The translations under genes and the position numbers were made by a program. The notes under the pieces are model-generated. The model was not told the origin of the DNA. It searched no databases and saw only the letters and a program-made list of their open reading frames with translations. A stretch of DNA of 63,960 bases, the filler included, from Octopus bimaculoides (Eukaryota): NCBI RefSeq assembly GCF_001194135.2. It is 6 parts of 5 records of this genome, joined end to end, with 100 filler letters (N's around TTAATTAATTAA, not from the genome) between each part and the next. Parts side by side here need not be neighbours in the genome. Positions count along the whole stretch, not along the records: positions 50,230 to 59,528 come from NC_068985.1; positions 59,629 to 62,738 come from NC_068985.1; positions 62,839 to 63,960 come from NC_069002.1; 3 more parts are not named here. One strand, written 5' to 3'. Shown piece after piece: positions 52,193-62,879 of this stretch. Each line of letters begins with the position of its first letter. Positions within the stretch are counted from its first letter, which is position 1.

Positions 52193-53698
52193 CTAGCCTT
52201 TATGAGTCTTTGTATGTTTTTTCAGTGTATCTTGTCTAGAAAATTCTTTCCCACACTGATCACATTTGTATGGCTTTTCACCAGTATGAGTTCTCATATG
52301 TACTTTAAGATTGAAACTATTTGTGAACATTTTAGGACAAGCTTCACAATGGAAAGGTTTATCACCTGTATGAATGCGAATATGACGACGGAGCAGGCTT
52401 CGGTTAGTGAAATTTTTAGGACAGTGGAGACATTTAAATAAACTCTCACCAGTATGACTTTTCAAGTGCAGCCCGAGAATATCCTGACGAGAAAATGTAC
52501 GACTACAATAAACACAAGTGAACGGACGTTCACCAGTGTGTGTTCTTATGTGACCCTGGAGGGTGGTCTTGTGTGAGAAGCATTTGCAACAATGGGGACA
52601 GCTATAAGGACGTTCTCCACTGTGTACACGACGATGGACACGAAGTCGGGAACTGCTAATGAATGAAAGTTCGCAGGTAGGGCACTGATAAGGTTTCTCT
52701 CCAGTATGGCGCCGTAGATGGACATTAAGGTGAGAACTGACGGCAAATGTTCGGTCACAGTAAGCACATTCATAAGGTCTTTCACCAGTGTGGGTGCGTG
52801 TATGCTCTTGCAGAGTGTCTGGTCTAGCAAATGTGCGTGGACAGTGGTTACAATGATAAGGACGTTCTCCGGTGTGTGTACGGGTGTGTATCTTGAGGTT
52901 TGAGTTGGTGGTGAAAGTTTTAGCACAGAAAGTGCATTGGTAGGGCCTCTCTCCGCTATGTGATCGTATATGAATTTTCAACCTGAAGCCATATGCAAAT
53001 GTCTTCAAGCAATGAATGCACTGATAAGGCTGTTCTGATTTATGAGAACGAAGATGAGTCGTTAAATCAGACTTACATGAGAACACACGATTACACTGAT
53101 CACATCTGGGTAAATTACTTGTTACACTGTCCTCGCAATCTTTGTTGGATTCCATTTGGTTCGCCAGCTGATCGCTATAATCCTCATTGCTATTTGAAGC
53201 ACCCTTGTTGTTGATGGCTTTTTCTTGGTAGCTTTGGTCTTTGCTGAACTTACTTGTGTTCCCAGCATAATTAGGAATTGATCCAGCATTAGTATCCAAA
53301 TTCTGAGCTAGATCAACATCAAGGTTAAAATCAAGACCATGAGTCGGACTTGGATCAATATCTTGGTTGCCTGAAAGATCTGAAAGTGATTGATTTTGTG
53401 ATGATAGGTTTGACGGTTTTGCAATGTGTGATTTCAAATGTATTCTTAGACTGGTTGTGCTGGGGAAAACCTCGCCACAATAAAGACACACACTTCTGTT
53501 GTTGTTGTTGCTGTTGTTGGTAGCCATATTTCTGTCCATGTCATGATTCATGTCTCTGTACATGTTTCGAGGGAGTAGAGTAGAATTGGTGTAGTCTGTG
53601 AGATGCTGAGATCTTTGGTTGTCTCCATACAGAGATAACGGATAGTTTATGTTACTGCTGTCAGGCAGTGACTGGTTCAGATTATAATTATTCGCCAT
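52193..53698 (-). CDS. C2H2 zinc-finger protein, 501 aa, 1 isolated + 11 tandem fingers, single coding exon
   Basis: Intact ORF with TGE(K/R)P linkers. Likely start ACCATGG at 53698. Candidate acceptor TTTTGTTTTGTGTAG at 53837-53838 implies an upstream non-coding exon. Confidence 0.95.
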   Translation of the reverse strand: MANNYNLNQSLPDSSNINYPLSLYGDNQRSQHLTDYTNSTLLPRNMYRDMNHDMDRNMATNNSNNNNRSVCLYCGEVFPSTTSLRIHLKSHIAKPSNLSSQNQSLSDLSGNQDIDPSPTHGLDFNLDVDLAQNLDTNAGSIPNYAGNTSKFSKDQSYQEKAINNKGASNSNEDYSDQLANQMESNKDCEDSVTSNLPRCDQCNRVFSCKSDLTTHLRSHKSEQPYQCIHCLKTFAYGFRLKIHIRSHSGERPYQCTFCAKTFTTNSNLKIHTRTHTGERPYHCNHCPRTFARPDTLQEHTRTHTGERPYECAYCDRTFAVSSHLNVHLRRHTGEKPYQCPTCELSFISSSRLRVHRRVHSGERPYSCPHCCKCFSHKTTLQGHIRTHTGERPFTCVYCSRTFSRQDILGLHLKSHTGESLFKCLHCPKNFTNRSLLRRHIRIHTGDKPFHCEACPKMFTNSFNLKVHMRTHTGEKPYKCDQCGKEFSRQDTLKKHTKTHKG

Positions 53699-53930
53699 GG
53701 TATTTGTCACTTGAATTCTATTCCTCAGTCACTTAAGAAAGGTTAAGTTCCCAAAGCACTGTTGAATGTATGATGCTCTCAGGTGAGAAATGGAAGCAGA
53801 AAGAATTCTTCAAACCAACAGGAAATTCTTATTTTACTACACAAAACAAAACAAAAAAAAGTCATTTAGTCCAGAGCTTCATCATAATATTGTGCAACAA
53901 CATATAATAATAATAATAATAATAATAATA

Positions 53931-54342
53931 TGAGGGTGAGTCAAAAAGTAATGCCATTTTGTTTAAGACAGGTATAATTACCAACACAGGAACATGTATC
54001 ATACATCAAAATGAAGCTGGTCCTCTGTGGATCACATCCCTACTTCTCAACAAAGTCACCATTTCTCTCAATAGCAATGTTCCACATTCGAATGAGAGCA
54101 TGTATCCCTGCCCCGTAAAATTCTGTTGACTGTTCTTTGAGTCACTTCTTCACTACAGTTTCCACTTCCACGTCACTGGATTAATTTAGCACCTTCAGAC
54201 TATCATTTCTTCAGTGACTATGTTGAGAAGTAAGGATGTGATCCACAGAGGACCAGCTTCACTTCCCTGTATGATACATGTTCCTGTGTTGGTAATTATA
54301 CCTGTCCTAAACAAAATGGCATTACTTTTTGACTCACTCTTG
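53931..54342. mobile_element. mariner-derived MITE, 412 bp, ~130-bp inverted arms, TA target duplication
   Basis: TA|TGAGGGTGAGTCAAAAAGTAATGCC ... GGCATTACTTTTTGACTCACTCTTG|TA. Both arms carry the transposase stop region (D(F/Y)VEK*). Confidence 0.93.
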
Positions 54343-54684
54343 TAATAATAAAAGATCAACATTAATGGTAAGCATTCAGAAGAACCCTCAACATATTTCC
54401 TCTGAATCTGCATTAAATATCCCCAAAATTGCCTCAGATAGTTTGAATGTATTTTTCAAAAATGAGAACTAAAAGAAGGTAATGGAAGCCAAAATGTGAA
54501 CTTTTGCTAAAAGAAAACCAATTCTTACTGTATTTAAAAAGAAAGCAAAAAAATAATTGGAATGAAACAATTTATGAAGTTAAATTTAAATGTGTCTCAC
54601 AAAATGTATTAAGAGGTCACACGCTTGGCTCATGGTCACTATTCTTTAATTTGATAAAAAGCACTAGAGTTAGTTCCATGTAAT

Positions 54685-54912
54685 GAGTACTGGTGCTGGT
54701 GCCACGTGAAAAGCACTGGTGATGGTGCCATATGAAAACTATGGGTGCTGATGCCATGTAAAAAGCATCCCGTAACATTCTGTAAAGTCGTTGGTGTTAG
54801 GAACAGCATCTAGCAGTAAAAAGCATGCCATAACAGACAAATGGAGCCTGGTGCAGCTTGTCAAACTGCCCAACACCTGCCAGCATAGAAAACAGGTGTT
54901 AAATGATGATGA
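54685..54912 (+). mobile_element. SINE family C
   Basis: GCTGGTGCCACGTGAAAAGCAC...GTTGGTGTTAGGAACAGCATC...GTTAAATGATGATG. Confidence 0.75.
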
Positions 54913-55944
54913 AGTTTAGAATATTTATTAAGCAGAAGAGTGTAGAGAATGGGTGCATGGAAAGTTACAAGGGGTAAAAGCTTAGCCTTGCAACTACATA
55001 AACCTCAGACTGATTAATGCTTTGAGAGCAGAATTTGATAGATATAAACTGTGCAGAAGCCTACTGTATACATATTTATATCTTTCAGTGTATATTGGTG
55101 ACATGTAAATACCAGCAAAAATCTCAATGTTTCCCAAAACAAATCCTCCAAGTTATAGATGCTCCTCCTTTGTTACCTGCACTGCTGAGCACTCAGCTGG
55201 TGGTTGGTTGGTTGGGAACCTCTTACAAATGATATTATTGAATGTAGTTTTGTAAACAAATTGTGACATAAAAAAGAGAAAAAAAAAATCACCGTAAAGC
55301 ACTGAACTAAATGCATAGCAGCATTTAGATTTGGCCCTCTTGGTTCTTTGCTTAAACCAATCCAGTGATGATTTTGTTAACATAACTCCAATACACTAAA
55401 CTGATTCAGTCAAATGTAGTTCGACACCAAGAAAGATGGTCTTTGGCTGAGTGAATGGAAATCAATATTTACAATCCAAACAAGATTATTCAGACTAATA
55501 ATACAGGATTTATCATCGTTTTCACCTTGTTGTTACCACATCTCAGATGAAATATGTTATCCTTGTTTCTATTAATTTTGAAAAATAATGAAGAATTTAG
55601 TAAAATAACTTTGTTGTTGTTAAGCTGGCGTTGGGAAGATACATTCATGAAAATTTAACAAAGGGTTTTAATTTAGATCACATATTAAAAAAAGGAAGTT
55701 TGGGCCATAGAACCAGGGGTGGTCTCAAGCAGCTGGCTTCAACAGGGTTAATGTATTTTTCCATGATTGCATAAGTCAGATGGAATTTCTGACCAGATGC
55801 TCTTCCTGTCACCAACTTGTTTCCAAAGAAAATTGGAAACAAATGACACTACTTGTAAGATGATGACGCTCATTTCCAACTATTGTCTAATGTCAGTACA
55901 AGGAAACATAAAACACACACACATATATAATAATATACGCACAA

Positions 55945-56295
55945 GTGTGTGTGTGGTACGAAGTTTGATTCCCAACCACATGTTTCAGGGTTCAGTCTCG
56001 CTGTGTGGCACCTTGGGCAACTAAAACCTTATCAATGGATCTGGTAGACGGAAATGGAAAGAAGCCCGTTGTGTATGCATGTATGAATATATACATATAT
56101 GTGTGAGCATGCGTGTTTATTCCGCACCACCACTCAACAACTGGTGTTCACGTCCCTGTAACTTAGCGGTTCGGCATAAGTAAGCGATAGAATAAGTACT
56201 AGTACTTTTAGAAATAGTACCGATGTCATTTGACTAAATCCTTCAAGGCAGTGTCCCAGTATGGCCGCAGTCCAATGATTGAAAACAAGATGAAA
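55945..56295 (+). mobile_element. SINE family A, diverged full-length
   Basis: Head (CCCAACCACATG...GGTTCAGTC...GGCACCTTGGGCAA) and tail (ATGGCCGCAGTCCAATGA). Confidence 0.8.
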
Positions 56296-57543
56296 GACTC
56301 TGACGGGGAAATGGGCAACAAGTACGAGATCATTAGGTGGAGGGGACGGGCTGCAACAAGTGACGACGGTGCGGTAGTCATACCTTAGAATATAAAATAT
56401 ATAGGGACCAAGTAAAGCTATTTAAAATGCTAACTAAAAAGTTCTGGACAGCTCCACCGTCCTCCACTGACAATTAACTATTTTAATCATTGAATAGGTG
56501 CGCGTTTGACGGAGTAAGAAATATATATATAAAGGCTGGTGTATAACAGTTTATCTACGTTAAAATCATTATATATTCAAATTTATTTCGTCAGTTCCGA
56601 ATTTTACTCGACTAGAAGAGATAGTACAACTATGAAAATAAATGTCGTGAGTGAAGGAATACAAGGAATTCGGTCAAACAACGGGAATATGTGAAGTCTT
56701 CAAGTAATCAATGGAAAATAAAGGCGAAAGAAAGAAAAAGGAAACATTTATAGATTTAAATGAGAATGCAGCACTAAAGGTATTAGAATTTTTAGAATAG
56801 TCATTCACCTGTCTTTAATTCAGTTTTAATCTGCAATTGGCGCCAGTAAAACGAGAGATCGAACCATCGGTTTGGCTTCAGTATTTATATTTAATTGAAG
56901 AAGGCACTGTACGTAGCTGGTGGTAAATATTTGCTATGGTCACCGGCAAAAGGGAAAGATAGCAAAAAAAAGAAAAAAAGAAGCTAATACTTAAAAATGC
57001 AAAAAAGTAAAAACGAAAATTAAAGTAAATCTACAAATTTGTCTCTGCTTTTTATTTTATGCATATACACGGAATAATTAATGATTACACAATCTCAGAC
57101 TGAATTATATTTAAATATATGTTTAATTATAATAAACAATAATCTATACATTCTTTAGCCCTTGTTACTGGTATCAACTTTACTTGCAATAATATGAAGT
57201 TAAAGCAAAAACCATATCGGCAGGAACTAAGGAATGCTCCCTAGTTTAAGCATCCAACTCACATGTAAACTCATCATCTGACCGAAGGGAACAAGAAAAT
57301 ATTTTCCATTACTCTACATCTCTTAATTAAATTATTATTGCTATTATTATTATTATTACAAACAAAATGGAAGAAATTCTTATGACACGAAATCTGAATG
57401 CAAAATAAAGAATACATAGAAATAAACATTCGTCGTGTATTAATTAAAAACATGCAAAACACACACACACACACACACATACATACATACAGAGGTGAAG
57501 CGTTTGCTGCAAGAAACACACATATATACATAAAAATATGCAT

Positions 57544-57593
<50 letters not shown>

Positions 57594-59169
57594 ATATGCA
57601 GATAAACATATAAATACATACACATAAAACTATACATATATTCACACACACACATATATATGTCTAAAACACGAGGGTGGTGGTTTAAGATGTGAATTCC
57701 TCCTCCTGAATGGAAAACAAAACATTGCATTAACGTCCATCAGATCAGGTCAAATGATTAACATTCAAGTTTAAAATGGGAAGCAAAAACAATATGAGCT
57801 GAGAGTGAAATGAATAAATTTTCCACGGCTTACATTATATGTGTATGTATTTACGCATACACACACACGTGTGTGTATGAGTTGTGTGTGCGCGTGTGTG
57901 CGTGTGTGGTATACCTTCACCTCGCACCCCACCTACCTCCCAAGTAAACATCCGACAGCAAATTTCAGTCAATCATCGTTTCCTTACCATTTTCTCGCAA
58001 CAATTTTGCATTATTCGAAAATCACAAACGAAGAACATATTCTGGTCAAATTTAAACTAACGATGACCTGCTCTCTCTTTCCTCTTTCTGTCTTTTGTTT
58101 AAAGATATCTTGGAAAGACTACATAAGAAACCAGAACAGTAAAGCCGGTGTAAACCTGCAACATGTATACTGTGTAAGGGTAATCCTGAATAGCGAGCTT
58201 CTTAATACAAAATCGAAACTCGACGGGGCAGTTTCAAATACAGTTCTTGTCTTGCTGCCATTATCTTTGGTCAAAACATTAATGTAACAACTTTACGTAT
58301 GTTTTTTTTTACTCTAAATTATAAGACATGAGTCTAGACAACAGACTTTTTTTTTTTAATGATCCTGTTAATGTCGTTTTCACCCCTTTTTTTAACATTT
58401 TATTTTCTCACCTCTGATGCGGTATCAATACAGTAAGGGATTGAGTTTATTTATTAATGCCACATGCGAATCTTTGAAAAATATCGTTTTAAAATCTTGA
58501 TAAACCGAATCAGCAACCTGGTTACGGACCCACCTGATCTGGATTGTAAGGTGTTTTGTAGGCCTATTGACTTTACATTAGTAATTCCTTCCGTAAAGAC
58601 GGAGCATTCCACTCGCCTATTTATTTTGTGTCTTAGATAATTATTTTGGCAATCTAGGCGAAGTCGCCCTAATGATGTGTGCCTCTGATTAGCTTTGATT
58701 ACCCGTAGCCCGTAAAAAGCATTAAATTCCTGGTTGCCAAAAATTATAGGACAAAGAATAATTCCATTTAGTACCGTTTCCCCCCCTCATTCTTACTGCA
58801 CGGTCTGTTATCCCAATTCCGATATATACTGCCTTTTGCAAAACTTTCTTACTTTGCATTCTTCATCTGTATGTATATTTCTTTAATTGCTAAGGCAAAT
58901 TTTTGTCAAAAAGTTAAAATTCATAAGAACGTTTCTTTCAAGGTTAAAACTAAAGATAAAAAAAAACTTTTTTATGATTAATCATCATAATTGGTGCAGC
59001 CTTCCAGCATGCCAACCGTCTAACCCATGCCAACCATGCTAACCCATGAACAACGGACGTTAAATGATGATGATGATGAAAGTTAAAATAAGGTTAAAAA
59101 AAAATGAAATATCATAAAAAAGAAAATTTCTAATCATTAGATATTGAAAAGAATAAATAAATTCATTAA

Positions 59170-59528
59170 TCATCATCATCATCATCATCGTTTAACGTCC
59201 GCTTTCCATGCTAGCATGGGTTGGACGATTTGACTGAGGACTGGTGAAACCGGATGGCAACAGCAGGCTCCAGTCTAATTTGGCAGAGTTTCTACAGCTG
59301 GATGCCCTTCCTAACGCCAACCACTCAGAGAGTGTAGTGGGTGCTTTTACGTGTCACCCGCACGAAAACGGCCACGCTCGAAATGGTGTCTTTTATGTGC
59401 CACCCGCACAAGCCAGTCCAGGGGCACTGGCAACGATCTCGCTCGAAAATCCTACGGGAGCCAGTCAGGCGGTACTGGCAACGGCCATGCTCAAAATGGT
59501 GCATCTCATGTGCCACCCGCACAAGAGC
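59170..59528 (-). mobile_element. SINE family C with internal ~60-bp repeats (truncated by the join)
   Basis: (CAT)n GTTTAACGTCCGCTTTCCATGCTAGCATGGGTTGGACG...GGATGCCCTTCCTAACGCCAACC. Confidence 0.85.
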
Positions 59529-59628
59529 NNNNNNNNNNNNNNNNNNNNNNNNNNNNNNNNNNNNNNNNNNNNTTAATTAATTAANNNNNNNNNNNNNNNN
59601 NNNNNNNNNNNNNNNNNNNNNNNNNNNN
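59529..59628. other. Artificial contig-join spacer
   Basis: 44 N + TTAATTAATTAA + 44 N. Confidence 0.95.
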
Positions 59629-59947
59629 GATTCCCAGACCGGGCGTTGTGAGTGTTTATTGAGCGAAAACACCTAAAAGCCCCACGAGGCTCCGGCAGGG
59701 GATGGTGGCGAACCCTGCTGTACTCTTACACCACAACTTTCTCTCATTCTTACTTCCTGTTTCTGTTGTGCCTGTAATTCAAAGGGTCAGCCTTGTTACA
59801 CTGTGTCACACTGAATATCCCCGAGAACTACGTTAAGGGTACACGTGTCTGTGGAGTGCTCAGCCACTTGCACGTTAATTTCACGAGCAGGCTGTTCCGT
59901 TGATCGGATCAACTGGAACCCTCGACGTCGTAAGCGACGGAGTGCCA
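59629..59947 (+). mobile_element. Probable SINE (GC-rich, distinct family)
   Basis: GC-rich ~320-bp block starting with a B-box-like remnant GATTCCCAGACCGGGC. Single copy here, so the family call rests on resemblance only. Confidence 0.5.
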
Positions 59948-60485
59948 TATAACTAGAATGAATCTTTATCATCTTTTCAGCCATGAAGAAAAGCCAAACT
60001 GGGAGAAAGATGTGTTCGAATGGGAACAAAACCGTCTAAACGTAGTTGTTACTGCTGCTGCTGCTGCTGTTGTTGTTGTTGTTGTTTTTGCTTAACCCCT
60101 GGTTAGTCTTGATTGAGCAACCTTCAATTAACTTGGTCAGCCTATGATTAAAGTCACTCCACGCGTGACTACCTTGTCTTTCATTATCCCTATATACGAG
60201 GAATTTCAACACGTCCTTTTTTTCAGACAGCAAATTGCGATTTGAAGGGGATTTAGTTGATATATCTAGCAGACCAACTGGACACTTGGAGACTCCCTCG
60301 TCGTTTTGTGTAGTCTTAGGCAAGCTAGATTGATCAAACCCATGATTAATGCTGATCCAGCCGTGACCATCCCCTCTTTTTTCGTTATATACAAACAAGT
60401 CAAGACTAAATTATCTAACACTTCTTTTTCTAAGAACACATGCAGGTTGTTGATAAGGTGTGATTTGCGAGAGATTTGGCTGTTA

Positions 60486-60550
<65 letters not shown>

Positions 60551-60714
60551 NNNNNNNNNNATACATACATACATACATACATACATACATACATAATATA
60601 TACCATAATGATATTTATTCTCCGATTTGAAGCGACAGTTGTTAAATATAAAAAAATAACCGAAAAGTGATGAGCTAACCTCAGGCTGAATCGAACTCAC
60701 AAATCGACGCTTTC

Positions 60715-60778
<64 letters not shown>

Positions 60779-60895
60779 GACGGGCTTCTTTCAGCTTCCG
60801 TCTACCAAATCCACTCACAGGGTGCCACGCTGTGGGACTGAACCTGGGACCATGTGGTATGGAAGCAAGCTTCTTACCACACACCTACGCCTGCA
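60779..60895 (-). mobile_element. SINE family A, 5' half with internal deletion
   Basis: GACGGGCTTCTTTCAGCTTCCGTCTACCAAATCCACTCAC|AGGGTGCCACGC... Confidence 0.8.
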
Positions 60896-60916
60896 CTTAT
60901 TTGTTCATATTGTTGT

Positions 60917-60947
<31 letters not shown>

Positions 60948-61367
60948 ACTTTTGCTACGTCTCCTTTCCCTCGAATCCTGTCCTCTACCTACATCGATCT
61001 CACTACTTCACATTAGATTTCTGGTGTCAGTTACCATTAGAAGAAAGTACATTCCTTGACCTAATAATCAATAGGAGAGGGTTTGCAGATGTAAGCTAAT
61101 GATAATGATGATGTTGAAGATGAAGATGATATCGACAGCAATGATGAAAACGAGGACGACGATGATGATAACGCTGGCGATGATGACAGTAATATAGTTG
61201 ATACGCAAATAATGCTGATGTTTGTGATGATAACAACAATGATATTTCTCGGTCCCTAAACCGTATTACTTATGCCTTGCGCCATATCTTACCACAGCAT
61301 AATCCACAATATGATATACCGTAGAAACTTATATAGTTTACTATGCTTATAAATGCTTTCTGGGTGT

Positions 61368-61490
61368 GGAGGCGCGTGGCCTATTGGTAAGGGTAAGGAC
61401 TCATGATTGTAAGATTGTGGTCTCGATTCCTGGATCGGGCGACGCGTTGAGTTCTTGAACAAAACGCTTCATTTAACGTTGCTCCAATCC
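61368..61490 (+). mobile_element. SINE family E, tRNA-like head
   Basis: GGAGGCGCGTGGCCTATTGG (A-box-like)...GGTCTCGATTCC (B-box-like)...CTTGAACAAAACGCTTCATTTAACGTTGCTCC. Confidence 0.7.
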
Positions 61491-62369
61491 CGGGAAAAGG
61501 GTAAGTTCCGAAAAGGGGGCAAAGTTCGCGGAAAGGGGGAAATTCCAAGAAAAAGGGGAAGTTCCGGGGAAAGGGGTAATTCCGGGAAATCCCCTTTGGA
61601 AAACGGAAAATTCCTTTTGGGAAACCCATTTTCCCCTTTGGGCAGTTAAAAGACCGTCTTTTTCTACTCAAAGTGATTTTAAAACCAATATTTACACACT
61701 ATTATTTATAATTTTATCGTCTAGTCATATGCTTCAAGATCCACTAATCTCCTGACCCACCAAAAAAGATCAATCCTTTAATTCTTTATATATTAATATC
61801 AAAGGCGCGATGACTCAAAGTAGCATTACTGAAAAGCCAAAAATAAGTTAANNNNNNNNNNNNNNNNNNNNNNNNNNNNNNNNNNNNNNNNNNNNNNNNN
61901 NNNNNNNNNNNNNNNNNNNNNNNNNNNNNNNNNNNNNNNNNNNNNNNNNNNNNNNNNNNNNCCTTTAATTCTTAATATATTAATATTAAAGGCGCGATGA
62001 CTCAAAGTAGCATTACTGAAAAGCCAAAAATAAGTTAATCTACAGTTTTTTTTAAAGCCGCCACTGTATAAATTTAAACAGATGTAAATACATCCTTTTT
62101 CCTTCGAACAGAAAAATATAGAAAATTGTTCTGCTGTGTTTCAAAATTTGTTGGTTACTGAACAAAGGACATGTATTATGCGAAGAGAACCTGTAGCAGT
62201 AGCTATTTAAATCGGCTACAAATTCGAACTTAGTCATGATGACTAGACATTCTGTAGAATGTGATAGTTATATGTAACAATCTTAAGACATGGAAAACAA
62301 TCATTAATCAGAAAATTCATATTCACAGGAATATGTAAAAATACATCGAAATAAATAAAGGCAAAACTA

Positions 62370-62738
62370 TGTGATTAAGAAGCTCGCTTTACATCTACGT
62401 GGTTTCAGGTTCAGTCTCACAATGCGGCACCTGTGGCAGTTGTCTTCTACTATAGACCTGGGTCGACTAATGCTTTGTGCATGCATTTGGGAGACAGAGA
62501 CTGTGTGGAAGCCTGTATGTGTGCGTGTGTGTGTGTGTGTGCGCGCGTTCGTGTGTGTGTGTATGTGTGTGCGCGCGTTCGTGTGTGTGTGTGTTTTGTG
62601 TGTGTGTTTGTCCCCCACCACCGTTTGGCAACCGGTGTTGGTATGTTTAGTCTTCGTAACTTAGCGGTTGGACAAAAGATCCCAATAAAATAAGTACCAG
62701 ACTTTGTTAAAAAGTAACATAACCAGTGAGGTCGATTT
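62370..62738 (+). mobile_element. SINE family A (truncated by the join)
   Basis: Head, (TG/CG)n spacer, tail. Confidence 0.85.
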
Positions 62739-62838
62739 NNNNNNNNNNNNNNNNNNNNNNNNNNNNNNNNNNNNNNNNNNNNTTAATTAATTAANNNNNN
62801 NNNNNNNNNNNNNNNNNNNNNNNNNNNNNNNNNNNNNN
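62739..62838. other. Artificial contig-join spacer
   Basis: 44 N + TTAATTAATTAA + 44 N. Confidence 0.95.

Positions 62839-62879
<41 letters not shown>

Noticed and set aside
48428-53698. ZNF gene nested on the same strand within a laminin intron
   Set aside because: An artificial spacer at 50130-50229 separates them, so adjacency is unproven.
61490-61645. Unusual GGGAAA/TTTCCC-rich segment (NF-kB-like or G4 cluster)
   Set aside because: It starts abruptly mid-SINE and consists of short homopolymer runs, typical of low-quality read ends. Probably a sequencing artefact.
61776-62038. ~75-bp direct repeat flanking the 110-N gap
   Set aside because: Near-identical sequence on both sides of a gap is most simply an unmerged contig or haplotype overlap.
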